Positions 9,875 to 20,373 of a stretch of DNA of 64,000 bases are shown here, piece after piece (position 1 is the stretch's first letter; every line of letters begins with the position of its first letter). Under the pieces are notes generated by a model. It was not told the origin of the DNA, ran no database searches, and saw only the letters and a list, made by a program, of their open reading frames with translations. The DNA lies in contig CAYFXC010000010.1 in NCBI GenBank assembly GCA_964347045.1, positions 41,940 to 105,939 of the forward strand, in the 5' to 3' direction. The translations under genes and the position numbers were made by a program. Source of the DNA: an uncultured archaeon. GTDB lineage: Archaea; Asgardarchaeota; Hermodarchaeia; Hermodarchaeales; Hermodarchaeaceae.

Positions 9875-9992
9875 TCGGTTGTTCATTGTTGTGGCACTAT
9901 CGACAACTTTATATTCAAACGACTGTACACACACTTCAAGACTGTGAAAAAGAATATATTTCCTTTTACAGCATAATAGACGGTGAAAAGAA

Positions 9993-10220
9993 ATGGCGTC
10001 AATTGGCTGCCCATTTTGTACAAAGACTGGCGTTGCTATGGTTATAACCAGCTTAGCACTTGTTCTCCTTAGCATAACGACAACCATTCCTTGGATAGCC
10101 ATCTTAGGCCTAGTCTTCCTCATTGCCGCATACATCGTCCCTAGTATAGTGAGTGGAAAAAGCTGCCATGAAGAAGGCTGTACAAACCCCTCACACAAAC
10201 ATGGAGAGGAAAACTCATAA
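9993..10220 (+). CDS. Small 2-TM membrane protein with N-terminal CxxC and C-terminal Cys/His
   Basis: GCPFC, two hydrophobic helices, SCHEEGCTNPSH; stop overlaps the thioredoxin start. Confidence 0.7.
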   Translation: MASIGCPFCTKTGVAMVITSLALVLLSITTTIPWIAILGLVFLIAAYIVPSIVSGKSCHEEGCTNPSHKHGEENS

Positions 10221-10639
10221 TGAGCGAAACTCCCGATCCTGAACTGACCCGATTACGTGAACAAAAAATTAAGGAGTTACGAGTCAAAAGGGCAACACAA
10301 TCCAAAACCCCAAACACGGCTCCAAATAAAGTACTTCACCTTTCCACCAACGATTTCGACCAAACCATCAGCAAAGGCATCACCCTAGTAGACTTCTTCG
10401 CCGTATGGTGTGGACCCTGCAAGATGATGGCCCCTGTGATTGATCAACTTGCCCAAGAATATGCTGGGCGAGCAAAGGTGGCAAAACTTGATGTTGATCA
10501 GAATATCGAAATTGCGATGCGATACCGCGTGCAAGGCGTCCCAACATTTGGTATCTTTAAGAATGGCGTGCTGGTCCACCGTATTGTTGGTGGTGTTGGC
10601 TATCAGCCTTTGAAAGCCGCTCTTGATTCATTTCTTTAG
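10220..10639 (+). CDS. trxA: Thioredoxin
   Basis: WCGPC active site, VQGVPT cis-Pro motif, archaeal-type N-terminal helix. Confidence 0.95.
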   Translation: MSETPDPELTRLREQKIKELRVKRATQSKTPNTAPNKVLHLSTNDFDQTISKGITLVDFFAVWCGPCKMMAPVIDQLAQEYAGRAKVAKLDVDQNIEIAMRYRVQGVPTFGIFKNGVLVHRIVGGVGYQPLKAALDSFL

Positions 10640-10761
10640 GCTCTGCCAGTTAGTGAAACCTGACAGTTGACTAGACTTCGCCATTTACGGCAGTAGTAAG
10701 TTGATTGTTAGATTTTTCTTTTAAGAAAAGAAATATCATTATAAAGTACTAGTGAGCGACT

Positions 10762-10987
10762 AATTTTAGAACACATTCCTTCCGTGTTCAGGTGGTTCAA
10801 ACTCAAGCAGCTCCGAAAATTTTTTATTGTCAATTCGGATTTTCGTGAGCTGCTGGACCACCCGAGGAATGTCTAGAGTTGCTTCATGCTGACTTCAGAC
10901 TATATGGGAATCGGGTAGCAGCAGCCACATTTACCTCTGCAGCATCGACGGTTTGTTGCAATAAAACCTGAAAGGAGAATTCGGTTA
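10762..10987 (+). promoter_or_regulatory. Long structured 5' leader of grpE-dnaK-dnaJ (candidate cis-regulatory RNA)
   Basis: Four nested helices spanning 10773-10872, a second hairpin at 10918-10959, TTATAAAG at 10739-10746. Confidence 0.5.
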
Positions 10988-11650
10988 ATGACAGAAGACC
11001 CGCAAAAGATAAGCGAAGCACTAGAAATCGCAAAAGACAAGAAGCTAGCTGATGATCCAAACCCTAGGAAAAAAACACCAACCGAATCTAAAAAACCCAA
11101 GAAGCTAACTAAGAAGCAATTGTTGCAAGCCTTGGAAGAGGCGCAAACAAAAGTAGCGAAATACAAAACCCAGCTCGCTTATGTGCAAGCAGAACATGAA
11201 AATTATGTAAAATCAATGGAGCGTCGAGAAGTAAATCTCAGGCTTCAAGCGAATCGCGATTTGATTCTAACACTATTACCAATTTTAGACGATTTAGAAC
11301 GATCACAATTGATGGTTCCCCGAATTGAAGCGAATGACCCATTTATTGAAGGGCTTAGCATGCTAGTGGATAATCTAAAATCTGCTTTAGCACAAGCAGG
11401 CGTCACACCGATCGAATGCACGGGGGAATCCTTTGACCCCTTACGTCATGAGGCTGTGGTACGCGAAGAATCCACGAAGGTTCCTCCGAATACTGTGGTA
11501 GAAGAATTGCGCAAAGGATATCTTCTCAAGGGATCCCTTTTACGACCTTCCATGGTTAAAATTGCGATTGCTCCTAATACACAACCACAAGCAGAGCAAA
11601 AGATTGAAGAGCCACAAGAATCTGCAAACAATGTATCAGAAAAGAAATAA
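10988..11650 (+). CDS. grpE: Nucleotide exchange factor GrpE
   Basis: [34 protein letters not shown]. Confidence 0.96.
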   Translation: MTEDPQKISEALEIAKDKKLADDPNPRKKTPTESKKPKKLTKKQLLQALEEAQTKVAKYKTQLAYVQAEHENYVKSMERREVNLRLQANRDLILTLLPILDDLERSQLMVPRIEANDPFIEGLSMLVDNLKSALAQAGVTPIECTGESFDPLRHEAVVREESTKVPPNTVVEELRKGYLLKGSLLRPSMVKIAIAPNTQPQAEQKIEEPQESANNVSEKK

Positions 11651-11682
11651 CAATCTATGATTTAGAAAGGAGAGTTGAAAAA

Positions 11683-13587
11683 ATGGTTAAAATTATTGGA
11701 ATAGATTTGGGAACGAGCAACTCAGCTGCAGCTGTGATGCGAGGAGATCGCCCTGTCATCATTCCCAGCGCTGAGGGTCCCACCGTTTCTGGGAAAGCCT
11801 TTCCCTCATATGTGGCCATCACAGATGATGGCAATCGACTTGTTGGTGAACCGGCCCGACGTCAAGCAGTAGCGAACCCTGAGGGTACAGTTACTGCTGT
11901 AAAGCGGAAAATGGGAACTCGTAAAAAGGTTAAGATTCGAGATAAAACCTTTACACCAGAAGAGGTCTCTTCATTCATTCTTCGAAAAATAAAAACCGAT
12001 GCCGAAGCGTTTCTCGGAGAACCAGTCATTCAAGCAGTTATCACTGTTCCTGCGTATTTTAATGATAACCAGCGCCAAGCGACAAAAGATGCAGGAGAAC
12101 TTGCAGGTCTTGAAGTAGTTCGGCTGATCAACGAACCCACCGCTGCTTCATTAGCATATGGTATTGATAAGCTCGATAAGGATCTTCGAATCCTGGTGTT
12201 TGACCTCGGTGGTGGAACATTGGATGTGACCATCATGGAATTTGGTCCAGATCCAGAAACAGGAAGCGGGCTTTTTCAAGTAGTATCAACAGCGGGAGAT
12301 ACTCAACTTGGCGGAACTGACATGGATCTCGCGATTGCTGAATGGCTAGCTGATGAATTCAAAGGAGAGCATGGCATGGATCTTCATGACGATCCCACTG
12401 CTTGGCAACGGCTCATTGAAGCCGCGGAGAAAGCTAAAATTGAGCTATCCAATGTCATTGAGACAGAAATCAACTTGCCGTATCTGACAGCTGATAAAGG
12501 TGGACCCAAACATCTCCAACGAAAAATCACGCGAGCAAAACTAGAGGATCTTGTTCGAGATATAATTGATCGCTGTGACGGTCCTATGCGACAAGCTATC
12601 AAGGATGCCAAACTGCGACCTAACGAGGTTGATAAAATCATTCTCATTGGTGGACCTACCAGAATGCCTATTGTTCGACAATATGTCGAAAAGTTCATTG
12701 GTAAGAAAGCGGAGCGGGGCGTAGATCCAATGGAAGCAGTTGCTCTCGGTGCAGCCATTCAAGGTGGCGTAATCACGGGCGATGTCAAAGACCTGCTTCT
12801 GTTAGATGTCACTCCACTTTCGCTTGGTGTAGAAACCAAAGGAGATATCATGACACCCATCATCGAACGCAATACGACTATTCCTGTTGAACGTAGTCAA
12901 ATCTTTAGTACAGCAGCAGATATGCAAACTGTTGTAACTATCCATGTGTTACAGGGTGAACGATCTAGGGCAAGTCAAAATATTTCACTTGGCCAATTCA
13001 ATCTAACAGGAATACCACCAGCACCAATGGGTGTACCACAAATTGAAGTTACCTTTGACATTGACGTCAATGGCATTCTCCATGTTAAGGCTAAAGATCT
13101 TGGGACAGGAAATGAACAGAAAATCACCATTTCCGCTTCGACCAAATTAACTGATGAACAAAAGGACCGAATGGTAGCAGACTCTGAAAAATATGAAGAA
13201 GAGGATAAGCGCTACCGCGAAGAAGTTGAAGAGCTTAACAAGGCAGAGTCATTGGTCTATTCCGCTCGGAAGACGATTAAAGAACTTGGAGACAAAATCA
13301 GTGAAGAAGATAAACAGAAGGTCGAAGAAGCAGCGAACCGGTTAGAAAAAGCGGTTCAGGAAAAGGATTTAGCAACCACTAAAAAAGAGATGGAAACACT
13401 CACCGATATTCTTCAAGGTATTGGAACCGCAGTATATCAACAAGTTGCAGAGGAACAGGCTCGGGCTCAAGCACAAGAAGGAGTTGCTGATGATTCTGAT
13501 TCGGAGCCCAAGAAGAAAAAGAAGAAGAGTAAAGAGAAAGTTGTAGACGCCGATTATGAAGTTGTGGACGACGAGGACAAGAAGTAA
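11683..13587 (+). CDS. dnaK: Chaperone DnaK (Hsp70)
   Basis: [43 protein letters not shown]. Confidence 0.99.
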   Translation: MVKIIGIDLGTSNSAAAVMRGDRPVIIPSAEGPTVSGKAFPSYVAITDDGNRLVGEPARRQAVANPEGTVTAVKRKMGTRKKVKIRDKTFTPEEVSSFILRKIKTDAEAFLGEPVIQAVITVPAYFNDNQRQATKDAGELAGLEVVRLINEPTAASLAYGIDKLDKDLRILVFDLGGGTLDVTIMEFGPDPETGSGLFQVVSTAGDTQLGGTDMDLAIAEWLADEFKGEHGMDLHDDPTAWQRLIEAAEKAKIELSNVIETEINLPYLTADKGGPKHLQRKITRAKLEDLVRDIIDRCDGPMRQAIKDAKLRPNEVDKIILIGGPTRMPIVRQYVEKFIGKKAERGVDPMEAVALGAAIQGGVITGDVKDLLLLDVTPLSLGVETKGDIMTPIIERNTTIPVERSQIFSTAADMQTVVTIHVLQGERSRASQNISLGQFNLTGIPPAPMGVPQIEVTFDIDVNGILHVKAKDLGTGNEQKITISASTKLTDEQKDRMVADSEKYEEEDKRYREEVEELNKAESLVYSARKTIKELGDKISEEDKQKVEEAANRLEKAVQEKDLATTKKEMETLTDILQGIGTAVYQQVAEEQARAQAQEGVADDSDSEPKKKKKKSKEKVVDADYEVVDDEDKK

Positions 13588-13687
13588 CTAAGATAATATT
13601 CTTGTATTCAGTAATTGGGCATATCGGTTGAGACAGAACAAATAAAAACCTAGTCTAGATTCGGTTACCCAAATATGGTGAGCTAGC

Positions 13688-14800
13688 GTGAGTTATGGTA
13701 GCAATCAAAAACGAGATTATTACGAAGTGCTTGGTGTAGAACGGAAAGCTACCAAAGAAGAAATTAGAAAAGCGTATAGAAAGCTTGCACTGAAATTTCA
13801 CCCAGATCGGAATAAAGAAGCTGATGCTGCAGAGAAATTCAAGGAAGTCTCTGAAGCCTATGCAATTCTTTCAGATGACGAAAAGCGGCTCCAGTATGAC
13901 CAATTTGGGCATGCTGGGATTCACGGACGATATAGTGCTGAGGATATTTTTGGTGGGATTAATTTCGAAGATATTCTGCGCAGTTTTGGATTAGGTGGGA
14001 GACTTGGCGGTGTCGGTAGCATCTTCGACTTCTTAATGGGTCGAGGAGGACGAAGAACTTCACGTCGCGATCAGGCAATAGATCTGCGATATGATATGAA
14101 TATTACATTAAAAGAAGCTGCGACAGGTATTGAGAAGGAAATCACGCTCAAGCGCGACGAGCAATGTCCGAAATGTGGAGGAACAGGGGGAGAACCCGGA
14201 ACACCTCTAAGAACCTGTTCCCGTTGTGGTGGGCGAGGCGAGCTTCGACAAGTCCAGCAAACCATGTTTGGACAGGTTATTCGTGTTGCTACATGTCCGG
14301 GATGTTATGGTCATGGTCAAACGGTAGAAACGCCCTGCTCTGAGTGTAGAGGAAAAAGAACCGTTCGAGAAAAACGAAATATTCGAGTCCAAATACCACC
14401 AGGAGTTGAATCAGGTTCAATGCTTAGGCTTAGGGACCAAGGAGCGTCACAGGAAGGAGGAAAACCTGGCGACCTTTATGTTGTTGTCCATATCAAGCCT
14501 GATAAAATCTTTCAGCGTGTAGGCGACGATATCCTGATGGAATTACCCATTTCAATAACCCAAGCTACATTAGGAACTGAACTCGAGATCCCAACTCTCC
14601 TTTCCAAAGCAAAATTAAAAATCCCTGCTGGCACCCAACCAGATACAATTCTCCGTCTAAGAGGACAAGGCATGCCTCGTGTCCGATGGCGAGGAAATGG
14701 GGATCAATTAATTCGAATTAAGGTAGATGTTCCCAAAAAACTCAACAAACATCAGCGAGACCTTTTGGAACAACTTGCAGATGAGCTTGACAGAGATTAG
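13688..14800 (+). CDS. dnaJ: Chaperone DnaJ
   Basis: J domain with HPD, G/F-rich region, four CxxCxGxG-type repeats. Confidence 0.98.
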   Translation: MSYGSNQKRDYYEVLGVERKATKEEIRKAYRKLALKFHPDRNKEADAAEKFKEVSEAYAILSDDEKRLQYDQFGHAGIHGRYSAEDIFGGINFEDILRSFGLGGRLGGVGSIFDFLMGRGGRRTSRRDQAIDLRYDMNITLKEAATGIEKEITLKRDEQCPKCGGTGGEPGTPLRTCSRCGGRGELRQVQQTMFGQVIRVATCPGCYGHGQTVETPCSECRGKRTVREKRNIRVQIPPGVESGSMLRLRDQGASQEGGKPGDLYVVVHIKPDKIFQRVGDDILMELPISITQATLGTELEIPTLLSKAKLKIPAGTQPDTILRLRGQGMPRVRWRGNGDQLIRIKVDVPKKLNKHQRDLLEQLADELDRD

Positions 14801-14804
14801 CTCG

Positions 14805-16181
14805 TTAATCAGCTTTGGCAACTACTTGAATATCACTGAATTGAATTGAAGGAGCTATGAGTGATCCACCTGCACCAACAAGATAGCTCCGGATATCACT
14901 TCCAACTACGTCAACCTTTTTGATGAGATCAAATGCATTGCCAGCTAGCATTAATCCATGCACTGCACCTGTAAGTTCGCCATCAATGATGCGAAAAGCA
15001 GGATTTCCAACAACGCTATAATCACCAGTTTCTTGGTTGGATGAATGAGCACCCTGTAATCCTTTGATAAGGTAGCCAGATTTAATATCGCTAAGTATAT
15101 CTTCTAGTGCATGTTTTCCACCAAGGACAACCATATTCGTAGGAGCTGTATCGACAACACCTGTACGAAGATTACGCGTGGCGTTTCCAGTACTAGTTAC
15201 ACCATGACGTTGGGCCCAATAGTTGTTCCAGAGGAATGAACGGAGTTTTCCTTTCTCAATAATAGAAGTACTTTGTTGGGGAATCCCCTCACCATCAAAG
15301 AGTCCTGTAGCATATCCACCTTTAATGAGTCCATCATCAGTAAACGAAAGCGTTTTGGAGGCAATTATATCGTCTTTTTTATCCGCTAGTTGGGATTTTT
15401 CACGGACAACATTTTCACCTTTTATGGCTGGCATGAATGCATGAGAAAGAAGAGAACCTAGAGCACTAGCTGCAAAAACAACAGTCCCTGATTCAGTTTC
15501 CCCTTTAGCATGCTGCTTTGCAAGCAGAACATCTTTCACAGTATTATTGACAACATAATCTATGTCCAGTTGAAAATTCCGATTGACATCAACCGACCAT
15601 ACAGAAGGAGTCATACCTGAATCAGTTGGAGCTACTAATACTGCATATGCATAAACACCCGTTCCACGATCTGTAGTAGAGATTCCATTAGAGTTGGCAT
15701 AAGCCAACCAGCCATAGAATCCCCCAGTTCCCGCTTCGCCGATAACAATCTTTGAATCTTTCTTCATGATGTCGCTTGTCATTTTTGTTGCTAAATCAAC
15801 GAAAACACCGGGATCTTTTTCTGGAATTGAACCATCCCAAGTTCCAGTTAGTTTTGCATACTTGCCCTTTGTAGCGAAATCTTTCCAAGTTTGATCGGGA
15901 GTACTGGCCTTTGCAGCAGCAATTGCTCGTTTCACAGATTCTTCGATGGTTTCTTGCATCAGCCGATTAGTGTAAGCTGAGCCCAATTGATTATTAATTA
16001 CGACGCGGATTGATGCCCCCGCTTCTTGAGATTTTATTGCTTTGTTGATCTGCCCAAGAGCGACTTCACAGCTGATTTCGTAATTATCCTGTAATAGAAT
16101 CTCGATTTGATCTACCTTATTGGAACCATATGCTAGGGCTTTTTCAGCTAGATGTAGAAGCGTTTGTTCTTTGTCTTTCAT
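14805..16181 (-). CDS. pmbA: TldE/PmbA family protein
   Basis: FDGEGIP, STGNA, GDYSV; paired with TldD; GGAGG RBS before ATG 16181. Confidence 0.88.
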   Translation of the reverse strand: MKDKEQTLLHLAEKALAYGSNKVDQIEILLQDNYEISCEVALGQINKAIKSQEAGASIRVVINNQLGSAYTNRLMQETIEESVKRAIAAAKASTPDQTWKDFATKGKYAKLTGTWDGSIPEKDPGVFVDLATKMTSDIMKKDSKIVIGEAGTGGFYGWLAYANSNGISTTDRGTGVYAYAVLVAPTDSGMTPSVWSVDVNRNFQLDIDYVVNNTVKDVLLAKQHAKGETESGTVVFAASALGSLLSHAFMPAIKGENVVREKSQLADKKDDIIASKTLSFTDDGLIKGGYATGLFDGEGIPQQSTSIIEKGKLRSFLWNNYWAQRHGVTSTGNATRNLRTGVVDTAPTNMVVLGGKHALEDILSDIKSGYLIKGLQGAHSSNQETGDYSVVGNPAFRIIDGELTGAVHGLMLAGNAFDLIKKVDVVGSDIRSYLVGAGGSLIAPSIQFSDIQVVAKAD

Positions 16182-16200
16182 TATCTTTTCATCCTCCTTC

Positions 16201-17604
16201 TCAGGCTTTTCCTCCAAATGTTATTGGTCCACTACCAAATCGAATAAGAGGTCCACCTTCACTTATGAGAGCTTCTTGACCTTTGCCACATCGGCCTACA
16301 CCATAACCAAAGGTTTCTTTTCCTACACCTTCAATTTTGAGTAACGCTTCGGTGGCAATTCCGGAAATGGACATGTTGCTTACTGAGTTGCCTAACTCGC
16401 CATTGACAATTTCAAAAGCCTCTTGAATTCCAACTTGGAAACTGGAATTCATTTGCGCTGAACCTCCAGCAAATGAAAGACAATAATAACCGAAATCAAT
16501 GCCCTCAAAGAGCTCTTCATCTAACATATCGCCGCGATCAAAGAATGTATTTCGCATGCGAATCTGCGGCACAAAACGATAGTCTTCGGCTCTAGAGTTG
16601 CCAGATAGTGGTAATCCTGTTTTTTGGGCATATTCCCGATCTGTTAATAATGCGTTAAAAACCCCATCTTTTATGAGATATACTCGACTTGTTGGAACTC
16701 CTTCATCGTCATATTTGGTAGTACCTAGTCCGTCCTTAATGGTTCCATCATCAACCATTGATACAACCTTAGGGGCAACATCTTGATTCATTTTATCTGC
16801 AAAAGAGGATTGCAATGTGAGATCGGCTTCCGCAAGATGTCCAAGGGCTTCATGAGCTAATATTCCTACCACATTTGGACCGATTACACAAGGAAAACTA
16901 CCAGGTTTTGGAGTAGACCCTTTTAGTTGTTTCTTAACCCGTTCAACTATTCTTTCAGCAACCACTTCAGGCGTCTGGTTCAATTCATAGAATTCCCAAC
17001 CATGTGAAGTAGAACCACATTCATCTCGTGCACCTGTGATTTTTCCATTTTCTTTACCTGTTAATCTTACAGATTGATAAACATGCCCAAATCCCATCTC
17101 GAGTTGTGTGCCTTCATTTGTAACCAGGTATTTTGTACCAATACTATCACGTTGACGAATCGTAATGGCTTTGATTCGAGAATCTAAGCGTTGTGTTTCT
17201 TCCCATAGTTTTGCGGCATATGCGATTTTTTCTTTAGGATCCACATCAGCAGGATTTTGTCCAACCTCGAAAGGAACGGTTTCTTTTACTGGTTTGATTT
17301 TTGCTAGTTCAATGGGGTCTTTCCGGGCTTTTCCTGCTCTGTTAGCAAGAGAATACGCATCTTTCACTGATGACCGTAAACCATCGATAGTGAGGTCGTT
17401 TGAGGATACAAAACCCCAAGTTCCACCAGCTAAAACACGAATAGCAACACCTTCTTCAGTGCGTTGGCTAATGCTTCGTACACGACCATCCTCAAATTGC
17501 GTATTACTAAAAATAAGGGATTCCATGCGCAATTCAACATATGTTGCACCGAGTTTTTCTCCATAATCTGCAGCTTTTTGAAGCCTATCTATCAAGTGAA
17601 TCAC
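16201..17604 (-). CDS. tldD: TldD metalloprotease
   Basis: HEALGHLAEAD, YDDEGVP, RMRNTF, CGKGQ; exact start uncertain (ORF extends to 17652). Confidence 0.92.
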   Translation of the reverse strand: MIHLIDRLQKAADYGEKLGATYVELRMESLIFSNTQFEDGRVRSISQRTEEGVAIRVLAGGTWGFVSSNDLTIDGLRSSVKDAYSLANRAGKARKDPIELAKIKPVKETVPFEVGQNPADVDPKEKIAYAAKLWEETQRLDSRIKAITIRQRDSIGTKYLVTNEGTQLEMGFGHVYQSVRLTGKENGKITGARDECGSTSHGWEFYELNQTPEVVAERIVERVKKQLKGSTPKPGSFPCVIGPNVVGILAHEALGHLAEADLTLQSSFADKMNQDVAPKVVSMVDDGTIKDGLGTTKYDDEGVPTSRVYLIKDGVFNALLTDREYAQKTGLPLSGNSRAEDYRFVPQIRMRNTFFDRGDMLDEELFEGIDFGYYCLSFAGGSAQMNSSFQVGIQEAFEIVNGELGNSVSNMSISGIATEALLKIEGVGKETFGYGVGRCGKGQEALISEGGPLIRFGSGPITFGGKA

Positions 17605-17700
17605 ATCAAATCGCAAGAAGAATTTCACTTTGTCGGAGCGGATAGGATACACATCAGCTTATAAGGCAATTGGAATGAACAACTAGATGAGGAATAGTCG

Positions 17701-18168
17701 GTGGTAAAGGAAACTACATTCATTGTTGATGCTATGTTTGGATCTTTAGCTCGTTGGTTAAGGTTGCTAGGGTTTGATACGTTGTATTGCCCAACTCAAT
17801 CCGATGATGAAATCCTCGATGAAATTAATTCAAGAATCCTAGTTACAAGGGATGGAGAACTGATTGATCGAGCTCGAAAACAAGGATTCCAAGTAGTAAA
17901 CCCCGGTATTGGAGCCATAAGGGATATGCTGCAACGAATCAAACAGGAATTGAAAATTAATTTTGTTGTAGATCCTACGCAGAGTCGATGTGCTCAATGT
18001 AATTCTCTGCTTCTTGAAAGAACACGAAGCCAAGTTCAAAACTTTGTGCCAAGTGGATCTCTTCGAAATCATGATACATTTTGGCAATGTACAAATCCTA
18101 GTTGCAAGCAGGTGTATTGGCAAGGTCGCCATTGGACCCGAATTAAAAAAACAGTAAAACAAATCTAG
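17701..18168 (+). CDS. Mut7-C RNase domain protein
   Basis: DAMFGSLARWLRLLGFDT, LVTRD, RCAQCN...C..CKQVYWQGRHW. Confidence 0.9.
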   Translation: MVKETTFIVDAMFGSLARWLRLLGFDTLYCPTQSDDEILDEINSRILVTRDGELIDRARKQGFQVVNPGIGAIRDMLQRIKQELKINFVVDPTQSRCAQCNSLLLERTRSQVQNFVPSGSLRNHDTFWQCTNPSCKQVYWQGRHWTRIKKTVKQI

Positions 18169-18196
18169 CTTCATAATTTGAAAAGGCAAGTTCATT

Positions 18197-18724
18197 TTAC
18201 TCAGGATAAAATTGGGGGAGAAGAAAACGGGGAAGCGCACAAATAACTGCATCACGAAGAACTTGAGTCCTGAGTAGCCGATTTTGTGTGAGAACTCCGA
18301 TAATTCCTTCATTCTGAAAGAGGTTATTACTTCTCATTAACTTATCAACGATCTTCTTACTTAAATCGGAGCTCGGATTTATTTGATCAACGATTGAATG
18401 AGATATTTCAACAGCAACTGATCGTGCGACACACATTTTGTTACCTTTTAAAACCGCAACAATAGCTTGAATGTAAAACGCGTTGTTAAATTTAAAAAGA
18501 CCTCCTTCGATTCCCACACTGAAATCTGCCAAAGGTACTTTTTTATAAGCTTGTTTTGCGCGGTTAATTGCTCCCTGCAGAGTTTCTGCTTCTGTCATGG
18601 GAAATGGCTGAATTCCAGAATCCACGTTTATTGAAGAAATCGTTATTTTGTCGAAGTATAAACTGAAAGCTTGTCTGACTGCGGCGTGTTTAACAGGGTT
18701 TTTAGAACCAACTACGATTTGCAT
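18197..18724 (-). CDS. yjjX: Inosine/xanthosine triphosphatase
   Basis: GSKNPVK, VDSGI..FP, GAINRA, VGIEGG, GIIGVLT. Confidence 0.88.
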   Translation of the reverse strand: MQIVVGSKNPVKHAAVRQAFSLYFDKITISSINVDSGIQPFPMTEAETLQGAINRAKQAYKKVPLADFSVGIEGGLFKFNNAFYIQAIVAVLKGNKMCVARSVAVEISHSIVDQINPSSDLSKKIVDKLMRSNNLFQNEGIIGVLTQNRLLRTQVLRDAVICALPRFLLPQFYPE

Positions 18725-18780
18725 AATGTTTTCGTTATGGGAACTCCCTTTAAAAGCTAGGTTGCTTGTAGTTATCGGTA

Positions 18781-19293
18781 TTAATCGGATTTTCGTAACC
18801 GAGCTTCACGTAATTGCTGATGAAGAAGTGAGCCCCGAGCTTTCAGGAGACGCATGATCTTTCGAATTGCATTTGATTTCAATTGGTAACTATAGATGTG
18901 TAGAGCTCCGAGGAATATCACGATTCCTCCGAGTATAAGTACAACTAGACCTAAGGGTGCGCTGAGCAATGCAATAGTCCCTCCTTGAGTTATCAGAAGA
19001 ACTACAATTCCAAGGAGAAAGAAACTAGCTGTATAAAACGCGATTATTGAAGCGATGAGTAACATCGGCCAGTAGGCAGTTCCTTCAAGTCGGGTTCCTT
19101 CTTTTTCTGCATAAAGGCGAAATCGAAGATGTTTCGCCATGGTCCAAGGAGACACACCTAACCAAGATCCTTGACGAACTTCAATAGCCTCTGGAGGAAT
19201 CGTTTGTAAGATTTGACACTTGAAATCTAAAAGAATTCGTCGTAACTCGGTGTAGGCATTGTCCTGTGAAAGCTCCGTATACCCCTCAATCAT
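18781..19293 (-). CDS. Hypothetical 2-TM membrane protein
   Basis: Soluble N-terminal half followed by two long hydrophobic segments. Confidence 0.65.
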   Translation of the reverse strand: MIEGYTELSQDNAYTELRRILLDFKCQILQTIPPEAIEVRQGSWLGVSPWTMAKHLRFRLYAEKEGTRLEGTAYWPMLLIASIIAFYTASFFLLGIVVLLITQGGTIALLSAPLGLVVLILGGIVIFLGALHIYSYQLKSNAIRKIMRLLKARGSLLHQQLREARLRKSD

Positions 19294-19349
19294 ATGATGC
19301 CTTGGCTCGATATGTTGTCTTTTACTTTTTCGTATGTGGTAGAGGGTTT

Positions 19350-19979
19350 TTAGTTCTTTGAGATGACTCCCAGAGGCATAAGCTCACGTTTAAAGACTTC
19401 ATTGAGAAGTAGAGCAAAACCATAATAGATTCCGACAAATCCGCTAGCGATACCTTCCCATCCGGCAACCACGTTAATAACTGTGATTGCTGTCCCTTCA
19501 TTGTGCCATGTTTCCCAAGCAAACCAATGGCCTAAGGCGACAAGCCAGAAGAAAATGGCAAGAAGAAAGAAAAAGACCTGTAACACACGATTTGTTTTCA
19601 TTGAAGCTAAAAAAAACCAGAAGCTGAAAAATCCCCACAGAAAGAAGAAGGGGACCTGTACTAACATAGCTACGGCTGGTTCAGCAATAGAAGGCGCAAG
19701 GCCAAGAATTGGAAGAAAATAAATGAAAACGTATGAAAACCAAAAAGTTGCACCCAGAATTAACGTGGTTGCTCCAAAGGAGTTTCCAATTCTTAAGGAC
19801 CACAAACCAGCAAGTAGTGGAGTAAAACCACCTGCAAATAATGCAGAGGCATAAATAACGCTTAACCCATTTATATCTACGATCTCAGCAAAAAAGAGGG
19901 ATAAAAGAATGAGGGCAAACCCAAATCCTATTGCTCCAAATGCTAGGGGATTAGCAATCCGTTCATCACTCATACACAT
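19350..19979 (-). CDS. satP: Acetate uptake transporter family (SatP/YaaH/GPR1-FUN34)
   Basis: ANPLAFGAIGFG (ANPAPLGL-like), GNSFGAT, FWFSY, about 6 TM helices. Confidence 0.85.
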   Translation of the reverse strand: MCMSDERIANPLAFGAIGFGFALILLSLFFAEIVDINGLSVIYASALFAGGFTPLLAGLWSLRIGNSFGATTLILGATFWFSYVFIYFLPILGLAPSIAEPAVAMLVQVPFFFLWGFFSFWFFLASMKTNRVLQVFFFLLAIFFWLVALGHWFAWETWHNEGTAITVINVVAGWEGIASGFVGIYYGFALLLNEVFKRELMPLGVISKN

Positions 19980-20373
19980 TCACCTAAAACCTAATTGTAA
20001 AGTTCTAAATCGGCGTTTTTCGTGTAGAATTATATAAGGCTTTACTGTGAACTTAAAACTGTTTAAAAAATAATAACCAATACGCTTACTTCTGTTCACG
20101 CTTCAAACGTTTATTCAAACGCATTTTATTACCTGTTGTCGTTGATTGATGACGAGATAAGAAATTACAAAAATCAGAGAGAAAGCTCTTCTTTGTTGAA
20201 TATTTCTTCACTTCTTTTCTTTTAGAAATCATGACTCCCTCCCTTAAACTAACATTAAAAACCTAAAGATAAGTTTTTTCAAAGGTTTTTCAGATAGAAG
20301 CACAGAAAAATTGCCCAGGATGCCGATAGGGTCAATGTTTTAATTCGCGTTTTTTGTATACGCGATTGGGTAC

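Noticed and set aside
10640-10987. Structured region read as SRP RNA, RNase P RNA or CIRCE
   Set aside because: I could not find the SRP helix-8 motif, the RNase P GAGGAAAGUCC motif or TTAGCACTC-N9-GAGTGCTAA on either strand.
13505-13540. [10 protein letters not shown] run in the DnaK tail read as a localisation signal
   Set aside because: It lies in the variable, disordered C-terminal tail; there is no evidence of a specific function.
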